Shown here: piece after piece, positions 50,291 through 60,533 of the stretch
How the letters are laid out: every line of letters begins with the position of its first letter
Numbering within the stretch: the first letter of the stretch is position 1
NCBI GenBank assembly: GCA_030324005.1
Contig: JARDVH010000073.1
Location: forward strand, 81,719,158-81,783,157
DNA: 64,000 nucleotides
Origin: Negaprion brevirostris
Lineage: Eukaryota
Direction of reading: 5' to 3'
Position numbers and translations under genes: made by a program
Notes under the pieces: generated by a model
The model's input: the letters and a program-made list of their open reading frames with translations, nothing else
The model's database searches: none
What the model was told of the DNA's origin: nothing

Positions 50291-53200
50291 ATTCTTAAGT
50301 TACGTTTCTTTAAGATTTCTGTTATTCCATATTGAATGATAAGGAAACAAAAACTATGTTTATTATTGTTTTAAACAACATAACAGTTAACAGCTCAATG
50401 TCTCCTTATAAACCCCATCTTGCACATTATAGGTTTGGATCAAACATGTTCCTTAAAAAAAACATAAATTACCAGTGTCAAACTGAAACATTAGCACAAG
50501 CCAGTGTTTATGAATTGTTATAGTCAAACTGGTATGTATATATTGTTGTGACCACTGGACTTTATAAGATGGTTATATTTTAAACTTCCTCTTTTAAGTT
50601 GAGATAAAAGGTGAGTACAGCCCCTGCAATGGGGCTGTACTCCCTGATGACTTGCCCAGGTGACTGGGTTTACAAAGGGATATGGGGCTCAGGTTGCTCA
50701 CTATTGAAAGTCGGGTGCAAGCTTTAACATTGGGACTTAAAGGGAGAAGGCAGCTATTACTGTTGTCTGCAGCCTCAAAAGTCAGACTGAAAGCAGATGC
50801 TGCTATGCCAGGCAGAAAGAAAGGATTACTTTGGGTTAATCACCATGTAGAGTCCCAATGAGATTGGAAACCCTCTTCAAAAGAATGAAGATTGTTGTGG
50901 AGAGCTGAAGACCAAAGAATCACGAGTGGGTGCCTTTCTGCTAGAAGTCAATTTAAGTAACCTTAGAAGATTGTGAGGAGGAGATGGTGTTCAAGAACAC
51001 AGTGGAAGATTTACCCTGGTGGATTAGGGGTGAGAGAGACTTGACACAACACGATGACGATCCAATACAGTACTGAGGAAGTGCTGGTTGTTAGAACGGC
51101 TGCATTTCAAGGGGTGATGTGAAACTGAGGCTTCATCTGCCCTCCCAGGTCGATGTAAAATATCATCTGCTCACAAAATAAACTCTGCTCATTTCAAATT
51201 GCAGCAATGTTCTATCATTCGTATTGCATATTTATGCAGCTCCAGCTTGAGTTAGATAGGCACCTCAGTCGCCCAAGGACTCAGGGAATTAACGTAGCTG
51301 CGAGTCAGGAAAAGATCAGTTATCTACCACCCAGCTTTCAGCTCTGTTATCTCCCTCTGCCTGATGAAAACTGTGGATCAAATTCACCTTACACATTTGT
51401 GAAATGGTTAAAATACACATTGATGATTACTGATTTGTCCCAAAGGATATAGATCTGTGGAACCCCATCCAAAGAGCCATATTAGCAGATGAACAAATTG
51501 CAGGTATAGTGAATGCTTTCCAACACCAGCTGGTGATTTAAATAATGATGTGCAGATGCCAGCAATCTAAGGGTTAATGGTTGAATCGCTGTTTAAAAAT
51601 CCATGCATCCTGTACATTAATAAAAGTGAACAAACACAAGAAATGGATGTGTGATTTGCTTTTGTTTCTTTGTTTGTCTAGATTATCTGCTCCATAAACC
51701 CTGCTCTTTTATTTCCCCTTTAGTAATTCTACATCAATTCTCAATAATACACGCTTGTTTATAAATGTTGTTGGTTTTGGGTCAGTGTGTAAATTTTGGC
51801 ATTTCCATAGCTGCACAGATTTCTCATAGTACAGTGAAAATTATTTCAACATGCTGTGCAGGGGTTTCTGATGATACAATAACCAATCCAGCCTTCCATT
51901 TCCAAGCACAGCCTTTGAGTCCTTGCCAGTGCAGAGTGGAAGCTGGTCAAATAGTAGCTTATTGAGCCACATATTAATTTCAAACAACTTATGAGCTAAT
52001 TAAAAAACATGTGTCTACAAATGGATTCATTATCAAATTATGATGTTAGTTCACAAAGCTAAGTACATGCGTGGAGACCATTTGACTCATCTTGTTTATT
52101 TTTATGTAGGACCTGCAGCCCCATTCCTAGTATCAAATTGCTTCTTGAATAGCTACAGAGGATTTGAGTGGGATTCTCCCATCTCGTCTGTGGCCACTCC
52201 ACTGTAAGTGAGAACAAAGAATTTGGCGTTCCAGCCAAAAACTCCATTCACTTTCATTGGCACTGGAGAATCCCAGCCACAAACAAGGATTTTCAGCCTT
52301 TGTCTCTGTTGCCTCATCCAGAAGATTATCCTATACATGACCCAGTTTTTGACAAACTATCCAACATTTCACAATGTTATTGTGATTAGAGTCTATTCCA
52401 TTCCTCTTTACTCATTCTGAAAACTTCTTGCAATGGCCTTACCTGAGATAAGTATTTTAACCAACAAAAATAACCCCTTTTCTACAGCACCAATGAAAAA
52501 ATATTAATAGCATTAACAGCCAAGCTTTGCAGGTTTTGGGAAGATTTTGTTTAGGGTTAACAATGCTTAATGGATAATATCAAAGACAGAGTTACAGTAA
52601 AGAAAAATGAAAATTATCTGCAACTTGAGGGATGTTCAAATGTGACTTGCCTATTGAGATATATTATTTTATCTTACTTTATCTGGAAAAGATCCATCTT
52701 GCTCCTTGGTCTTAATCCAAATCTAAGCTAGTACGGACAATATCCTTTAAGAATCATCTGCACAGGAACAGTGAAGAAAACTAATTGGGGAGCAGGATGG
52801 AGATCACCTTGATAAGTGTCGGTTTCTGTACCCAGAATCATCTCAAAAAGTGAATGCAGACACAAGGCTCAAAGACTTTGTATAGATTTCACCTATAAAT
52901 AAACGAGTTGTGTTTTCCCTGAATTGGTGACCAAGCATCTTTATATTTGGCGACAAGGATAAAAATAATCCTCAAACTCTGAGTATCCAGTTTATATTAA
53001 AGTTGACTGAAGTTGAGAAAAGTGTCTATTTGACTCCTCTGCAGAGAACTGGGCACAATACATTGAATGCCTTGGGTATTACTTCCAAACGAATTATATA
53101 GGGGATAAGGTGAAGTGCAAGGCAATTCTCCTGAGTCCATATGGAAACCAACCTTATAATCTGATTCACAGTCTCACAGCCTGAAGCATGCGCGACTCCA

Positions 53201-53479
53201 AGTCATTCAGTGACCTCATAGAATTAGTGAAGTCACATTTTCAGCCGAAACCATCAGTTATACTCCAGAGCTTTAAGNNNNNNNNNNNNNNNNNNNNNNN
53301 NNNNNNNNNNNNNNNNNNNNNNNNNNNNNNNNNNNNNNNNNNNNNNNNNNNNNNNNNNNNNNNNNNNNNNNNNNNNNCAGTTATACTCCAGAGCTTTAAG
53401 TTTAATTCAAGGATAAAAGCCCCAGGAGAAACTATTCTGACATATAATAACTAAACTGAAACAGATATCAGAGTATTGC

Positions 53480-54222
53480 AATTTTGGAACCACCATTGAG
53501 GCACCCCAGGGAGGCCAAGTGCAAGGCGGAGGTAGCCCTTGGGCAATGCCAGACTGGTAGTGCCACATTGGCATCTGGGAAATGCCACCCTGGCACCTGG
53601 GCAATGTCCACTGGGCAGTGTCAGGGGTGGGGCCTGTTCAGGGCAGTGCCTGGGGTGGAGCCAAAGAGGCGACAGGCCAGGGGGAGGGTCAATGGGGGTA
53701 GTGCAGGGAATGGGCCTGGGGGCTGGGCCAATGGGGGAAGGGGGCGGGAGGGAGGACCCAATGCCCTCTGCATGCCATCAGTGAGGAAAGGACTTTGATT
53801 GGTCTGATTGGCGGGGAAGAGCTGGGTAGTGACTGGGTGCAGCAGGCGGCGGGGGCTGCACCTTGGGCTACTGGCTCCCACAATTGCAGGGGGGAGCTTG
53901 TTGAGGCTGCCTGCAGTAGCAGGGGCCTGACAGTTCTCTCTCTGCCTATCAGACCCACGTTATCATTAACATAACCTTTTAGACACAGAGTGCATAAGAT
54001 TCAGTGTGAAAACTCACCCAAACAATGGATCTGGAACTCTCCCATTTTCATACTAGCTGGACACTTAGAAGAAATCTCATAAAATTGTACCCTATGGGCG
54101 TGATTTTACAGGCTCACTCGACCCAAGACCGGAAAATCCCACCCGAGGTCAATGGACCTTCTCATTGTTCACCCCTCGCACACTCCATTTCCCATGGCAA
54201 GTAGAATGGTAGAATTCTGGTG
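53480..54222. mobile_element. GC-rich Harbinger-derived non-autonomous repeat fragments
   Basis: GGCAGTGCC/GGCAATGCC reiterations shared with ~45060-45480 and 46850-47700; MITE with GGGCGTGATTTTAC terminus at ~54097. Confidence 0.55.
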
Positions 54223-54285
54223 TATGTCTCAAGAACTTTTTCAGACGTTGAAAACAGCTTCTCACAAATTGAGGAACAAGATTAT

Positions 54286-54340
54286 TGTTGTGGGAAAAAA
54301 ATACCACTTCTGAGTCCGACTGGAGGGTCAGTAACACAGT
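54286..54340 (-). repeat. visible U5 end of the ERV 3' LTR (rest lost in gap)
   Basis: TGTTGTGGGAAAAAAATACCACTT.. aligns with 59937-59990. Confidence 0.85.
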
Positions 54341-54440
54341 NNNNNNNNNNNNNNNNNNNNNNNNNNNNNNNNNNNNNNNNNNNNNNNNNNNNNNNNNNNN
54401 NNNNNNNNNNNNNNNNNNNNNNNNNNNNNNNNNNNNNNNN

Positions 54441-54568
54441 GGTTATGGGGAGAGGGCGGGAATGTGGAACTGAGCCACGACAGATCAGCCATGATCTTAT
54501 TGAATGGCGGGGCAGGCACGAAGGGCTGGATGGCCTACTCCTGCTCCTATTTCTTATGTTCTTATGTT
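54441..54568 (+). mobile_element. young CR1 3' tail joined to the ERV integrase end
   Basis: Same tail as 11421 and 40096, directly joined to integrase sequence. Confidence 0.9.
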
Positions 54569-57500
54569 CATTTCAAACTCTCTCTCTGTGTCTCTTTGTT
54601 CCTGATTGTCCTTTACCAATTTGTGCATCCCTTTGAGTTGGGTGCTTAGTTCCAAAACATATCTCTTAATTTTATCTTTCAGTGGACCTAAATCTATCCC
54701 ATATGTTGTGATGCTTTCTGGTAATTGCATCGCCCGTCCTGTCAATAGTTCATAAGGAGTTAATCCGGTTGTCCGGTTTGTGGTAGCTCTTAATCTCATT
54801 AGTATAGTTTGTACAGCTTTAGTTAGTGCATTCTTAAGTGTTCTATTCATATGTTCCACTGTTCCAGAACTTTGTGGGTGGTAAGGAATGTGAAATTTTT
54901 GTTTTATCCCCATTAATTGGCATACTGTTTTTACCACCTTTCCAGTGAAGTGCGTCCCTTGGTCCGAATCGATTTGTAGGGGTACTCCCCATCTAGGGAT
55001 TACCACTTCTGCCAATATCCTAGCCACCAAGGTAGCAGTAGAATTTGTAGTAGGGAACGCTTCTACCCACCTGGTGAACTTGTCTATAATAACCAGACAA
55101 TAAGTTTTGCCATGGGATTGTGGTAATGGTCCTGTGAAATCTACTTGCAGATGTTCCCAGGATTCCTTTGGACTTGGTTGGTGTCCCGTTTTAATTTTTG
55201 TAGGTCTACCAGGGTTTGTTGCGCACACGTCACGCATTGGTGACAGTGTCAGGCTATATCTCTTCCCATTTGTTTTCACCACCATTCCTTTTCTAGTATC
55301 ATGGCGTCTCTACCCACATGTGAGAGTCCATGGTGTAGTTCCAATAGGGTGTTTTGTATGCACTCTGGTGCTATTACCTTATCTTCCCGTCTCCAAATGT
55401 TGTCAGTTCCTTTGACTGCTCCCTGTGCTTCCCATCTCTCCTTTTCCTTTTTCGAGACATCCTCATGCAAGTCTCGGATATTTATCTCATCCCTTGCCTG
55501 TTCTATCGCTGCTATTGGCAGCTCATCAATTGCCTCCTGTTCTAAGGCTAACTGGGCCACCGTATCTGCGGCTTGGTTTCCTTTGAAATTTAACCAGTCC
55601 GGGTTTTAACCAAGTTATCTCTTGGCTTTTTCTGGTGTGCTTTAATTACTGCAGCTTCTCTAGGCTTCTTGCTGGCTGTCATCAATGCCTCAATCTTATG
55701 CTTAATAGGGGCTCCTCCCGTGGTTATGAACCCTCTTCTTCCCCAAGCTGTCATATAGTCATGTATGACCCCGAACGCATAGCGACTATCTGAATAGATG
55801 TTTACTGTTATGCCTTCGGATAACCCCAGTGCCTGTGTGAGTGCCACTAGTTCTGCTACTTGTGTGGATAGAATCTCGTCAAATCTTCCTGACGTTACTG
55901 TTTCTAATTTGTCATTCACTACTGCCCTGTTCGGGGTGATCCTTCCACATACTTGCGTGACCCATCTACAAAAAGTGTCTCCTCAGTTGTCCTACCCCCC
56001 TCCTTCGTCCATATCTACATCCTCACAATTGTGTGGCTCTCCCACATCTAAAATCCCTTCTGCTGGGTTATCCCCTGTATCCCTTATTATTGTTACAGAC
56101 TTGCTTGGAGGTAGGGGGGCAGCTTCCCACTTAGCCCTTCTCATGTTTGAGACTGACCTTAGTTTTTCCATGTTCACCATCTCCACCAGAGTGTGTTTTG
56201 TGTGAAGGATTATATTCCCTGTTATGATTACTGGCTTGCTAACCTTTACAGCCCAAGCAGCGCAGTCCAAGGCAACTATGCACCTTGGCAGTCCGGTGAT
56301 TACCGGCCCTTCTGCTGTGGAATAATACCCTATGGGTCTCTTTCTGTCGCCATGGTCCTGTGTTACCACTGCGGAATAGAATCCTCCCTCATTGCTACAA
56401 TAGATATTGAAGTCCTTATTAGAATCGGGTAATCCTAGCCTAGGGGCTGATATTAATTCTGTTTTAAGTTTACTGTAAACCTCTTCCTGCTCAGGTCCCC
56501 TTCCTGCTGGTTTTCCCCCTTTGACTAATCACTGTATGGGTTCTGCTAGTTTTGCGAACCCTGGGATGAAACTCTGGCTATTGTTGAATAATCTTAGCAC
56601 CTTTCTGACCTCTCTTATGGTGATGGGCCGCGGCATTTGTTGTATTGCCTTCTTTTGGTCTGTTGGCATTTCTTTAAATCCTTGGGATATAAGGTGTCCT
56701 AGGTACAGGACTTGTGTCTTCCCAATTTGTGCCTCTTTGGGGCTCACCTTTAACCCTGCGGTTTTTAATTCGCTCAGTACCGAGTACAAGGCTTCTTGAT
56801 GTCCCGACTTGGACTCCGAAGCTATTAGGATGTCGTCGACATATTGTAGAATTGTCCTACCCTCTGGCAGTTCTACCCTGTTCAGGATGTCACTCATTGC
56901 TCTGTGCAAGATAAACGGGGCTGATGTCAAATCCTTGTGGTAAACGAATCCAGAAGTAGTATCTGTCTCCCACTGTAAAGGCAAATTTGTCTTGGGATTC
57001 GGGATCTAATGGTAAGGACCAGAAACCATTGGCTATGTCCGATACTGTGAATATTTTGTGCTCCTGTGACAGTCCATTCAGGATTGTTGAAGGGTGCAAC
57101 TTGGGTGTGACTTTATTGAGTCCGGTGTAATCTATCATGAGCGGAGAGCTTCCATCAGGCTTGCTCACTGGCCATATTGGGGAATTAGTGGTGCTTGTGG
57201 TTTCTCTCAGAATCCCCCTTTCCACTAACCCTTTCACTATCTCCACTACAGCTTTCTCTGCCCCTGGTTTATTGGGCATTGTCAGTGTGGCTTATGCTCC
57301 GGTCCAGGTACCTTTATTAGGCCCGTTTTAGTCAAACCGGTATCTAACTTTGTTTTAGCCCATACTCCAGGGATGGAAGCACAGGTGGCTCCGAACCCTC
57401 CTGTCTCTAATTCCCAATTTCTGGTGGTGACTGTGGCCACTTCAATGGTTTCGAGGTGACTTGTGAGTTTCCCTATTGTAGTTTTCCAACCATCCTGTCT

Positions 57501-57836
57501 GGGCCAGATCAATTCTCCCTTTCCACAGTCTATCAGAATCTCTTTCATCAAATCATTTCCCATTATTATACCCTCGTTATTTTTGCACACATAAAACCTC
57601 ATTGGTATATACAGATTATTTATCTCTACTAATGTGGTCTTGCTCAGGTAGGCAAGTGTTTTATTTCCTCCTATTCTGATTAGGTAAATGATTTTATTTG
57701 TAGTGGGTAAGGGTATGTCAGTGACAGATATGGATGCTCCTGTGTCCACTAGCATTTCACATTGCCTGCCCCTTACAAGGGCTGACACATAAATCCTTCC
57801 CTCCTTCTTACCCTTGTGAATAGGGGCTGCAGACTG
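54569..57836 (-). pseudogene. pol: ERV pro-pol (protease, RT, connection, RNase H, integrase) with several frameshifts
   Basis: LVDTGAS; NSPIWPVSKPDG, DIANGFWSLP, LPQGF, LQYVDDILIAS; FVDGS, QVAELVAL, IYSDSRYAFG; HHGLSH, QVDFTGPLP, IDSDQGTHF, YHPQSSGTVEHMNRTLK. Confidence 0.95.
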
Positions 57837-59169
57837 TCAATCTTGCTGACCCCGGAGGTTCTGTGGTTCCTCTGGTTCTGCTGTGGTCATGGATCGGGTC
57901 AGGGGTCTCCCATGCTTATTCCAACACACTCCTCCTGTGTGTCCTGTTTCTCACAGTGGCTGCAATGTTTTCCACTGTTCCCAAATCTGTTCCCTTTCTG
58001 TGGGGCCCCACAATCCCTTGCAAAATGCCCCTGCCGTCCACAATTGTGGTAAGTCAATTTAAACTTTATTCCATTCCCATTACTGTAGGCTGCCAATCTT
58101 TCTAGCCTTGATCTTGCCTGGGGTTTCTCTTCTCCCGGTACGCCACTAGCCCACTCTACCAACTCATCATAATCTTAGGACATAACCACTCCCATTTTTA
58201 GGATGACTTGGTGAGCACTAGAGAGTCCATCCTTAAAAGCCTGGATGAATGCTCGATTTCCTCGACCTGGGTTCCCTTGTCCTGAGCACTCTTGATATAT
58301 CTGGAATAATTGTTCCCCATATTCAGAAGCTGCTTCCCCCTTTAATTGTTTTGTTGTGATAATTCTGTTCCAGTTAGTGGGAGCATTCCCTAACATTCTC
58401 TGAATTTCTGCTTTAAACTGGGTGAAGGGTGCCTGTTGAGCATTTATCTCCGATGTTAGGGGGACTACATGTGTCCACCTTCCCCTGCTATAATCCTGTG
58501 CTGGAGGGGTCCACCTGCTACCTGCCTCCACTTATCCGCTGGACCGGCTGCCCTGACCAGCCGGTGTATGTCTCTCAGGTGTAATTGGTGCCCTACCCGG
58601 ATTGTGTCTAATTCTTCCCAGAATTTAGTGCTTGCGCTTCTTGGTTGTAATTTACCCAGGGAATCCATTATCTGCTGTCTCTCACCTGGAGTGAAGGGTT
58701 TATAATTTGCCTTTGGCTGTGCATCTGTTCCCCCTCAGGTCACTGGTGCTAAGTTGTGTTCTCACGCTTCCCACTCCTCTGGAGGAGCGGTTGGTTTCTG
58801 TTGTGTGGACTCATAAGGAGGTAGAGGAATAGTTTCCCCTCTCTGTTGTTTCTCTTCTAATATCTGGTTTTGTTTCTCCAGTTCCCTCACTCGGGATTCT
58901 AATTCTTTAATCTTTGTGTTATCTTCACTCCACTTCTTAGTAGAGGCGACTATTTCCTCAATTAGACCAGCTAACTGACGTACTAACATTACTCCTATCT
59001 TCTTTGTATTATTTCTCTTTTCTTTATCTGTCCACTTTCTCTGCTGTTGTAAGGTCTGTGAACTGTCCCAGCCATCTTTTTGCATTCCCTTAATTAACTG
59101 TTTCCTATCTGTTAAGTAAATTTCAATGAGAGAACCTGCAGATTCCCTTTTAACACTACTCTCTGCCAT
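57837..59169 (-). pseudogene. gag: ERV gag (frameshifted)
   Basis: ATG at 59169 in AAAATGG context; late motifs LPPY and PTAP; capsid start YKPFTPGE; MHR-like NWNRIITTKQLKGEAASEYGEQL; knuckle HNCGRQGHFARDC; ends at TGA 57837-57839. Confidence 0.9.
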
Positions 59170-59916
59170 TTTGCAGACTTCAACTACCCCGGCCACGATT
59201 ACTTCCCAGTAAAGTGTTTGACTGCCGTTACAGGGTACAACCCCTGCCACTGCCGTTACAGGGTTTACTTCAACAACCCCGGCCACGACTACTTCCCAGT
59301 AAAGTATTGACTGCCATTACAGGGCACAACCACGGCCACTATTACTTCTCTAGCACCCGTGTTTCACTGCCATTGCAGGGTTTCAATTTATACTCACGGT
59401 GTCCACTGTTACAACCTTGGCACTGTGTTTCTCCACCAGAGTCCAGTTTAGGTCAAAGTTGATCAGGCTCCTTTTCCGCCCCGCTTTCACAACACAAACT
59501 TGACAATACAATTCCCAACTTCACAAACTTTCATGCAATCAGATGGCAACTCTGCGTTTGTTCACCACTATAGTGTTTGATGTTAACTGACCTCTGCCAC
59601 TTGTGCTTCACAATACAATCCTAAGTGGTGTCTCTTGGTTTCTCTTTCCCTACTTCAATATCTGACCTTAGCATGGGGGATTTCCCCTCTTAACGTCCAG
59701 TCTAAGGTGAGGTTCCGAGACAGACACCCCCTTGTCCTCCTATTGATCAGCACAAGTTTCAGTTACTTATCACTATCAGCGAACAGTTAGTACCTATTAC
59801 TACAAATATTAGTTTACCCCTTTGCAAACTGTATTCTTGACCCTGTCTGACTCTCGCAAATTCAGTGATCTCTACCCCGGTGCCGATCGTGGCCAGTTGA
59901 TCTCACCAGAAACAGG

Positions 59917-59934
59917 ACCCTGCTCGCAGCACCA
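59917..59934 (-). promoter_or_regulatory. ERV primer-binding site, tRNA-Ser-like
   Basis: TGGTGCTGCGAGCAGGGT, 2 nt after the LTR end; resembles the complement of the vertebrate tRNA-Ser(TGA/CGA) 3' end. Confidence 0.8.
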
Positions 59935-59936
59935 AT

Positions 59937-60533
59937 TGTTGTGGGAAAAATTACCACTTTGGAGTCAGACTAGAGGAGCAGCAATACAGTTTTATTTAAC
60001 GAAGCTTCATGGAGAAAAGGCACCAACACCTCGCACTACTGGACAGCTACCTTCTCTCGATGAAACAGTAGAAACAGTCCCCCTTTATACCTTTTACACA
60101 ATAGGTGGACCGGACACGATGATCTCATCGTTATAGTCAAATAGGTACAACATTTCTTAGCTCATTATTATGGACAGGTACAGCCATTATCGTTTCAATA
60201 TCACATTGTTCCATGAATGGGTACATTTCCTCTTATCAATGACTTAATTTATTCTCTTCTTGTAGTACATGGTTCCTTTGTGTTTCTCTTAATCTCCCTA
60301 TCAGACCCCCTTTATCCCAAGACTATCTTTAACTCTTTTAAGGTGCCTGGCTTTCTGAAGCGTTTGTTCCCTGCTTTAGTTCAATTAACTGATTTTAAGT
60401 GATTGTCTGCCTGTGTTTGAAAGTCAGTGTCTGTGCTGGAAGTCAGTGCAGGTTTAATGCCTTTTAACCCCTTATGTGCCGGACAGCTAACTTTATGCCA
60501 GGTACCCATCTTTATGGTTTTTTTCCGCCTTCA
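59937..60533 (-). repeat. ERV 5' LTR (597 bp)
   Basis: Starts TGAAGG, ends CAACA; TATAAA at 60084-60089 and AATAAA at 59991-59996 on the minus strand. Confidence 0.9.

Larger units (their letters stand above)
54286..60533 (-). mobile_element. endogenous retrovirus provirus (class I/epsilon-like or more basal); env region not visible
   Basis: TG..CA termini, 4-bp TSD TTAT (54282-54285 and 60534-60537), PBS, gag-pro-pol with RT, connection, RNase H and integrase. Confidence 0.93.

Noticed and set aside
50643-50680. CTGATGA followed by a stem, as a possible hammerhead or SECIS
   Set aside because: No GAAA core after the stem, and no proper AA loop or GA quartet spacing
59175-59340. Direct repeats with intervening sequence resembling a CRISPR array
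   Set aside because: Eukaryotic retroviral leader; only two long imperfect units, no unique spacers, no cas genes
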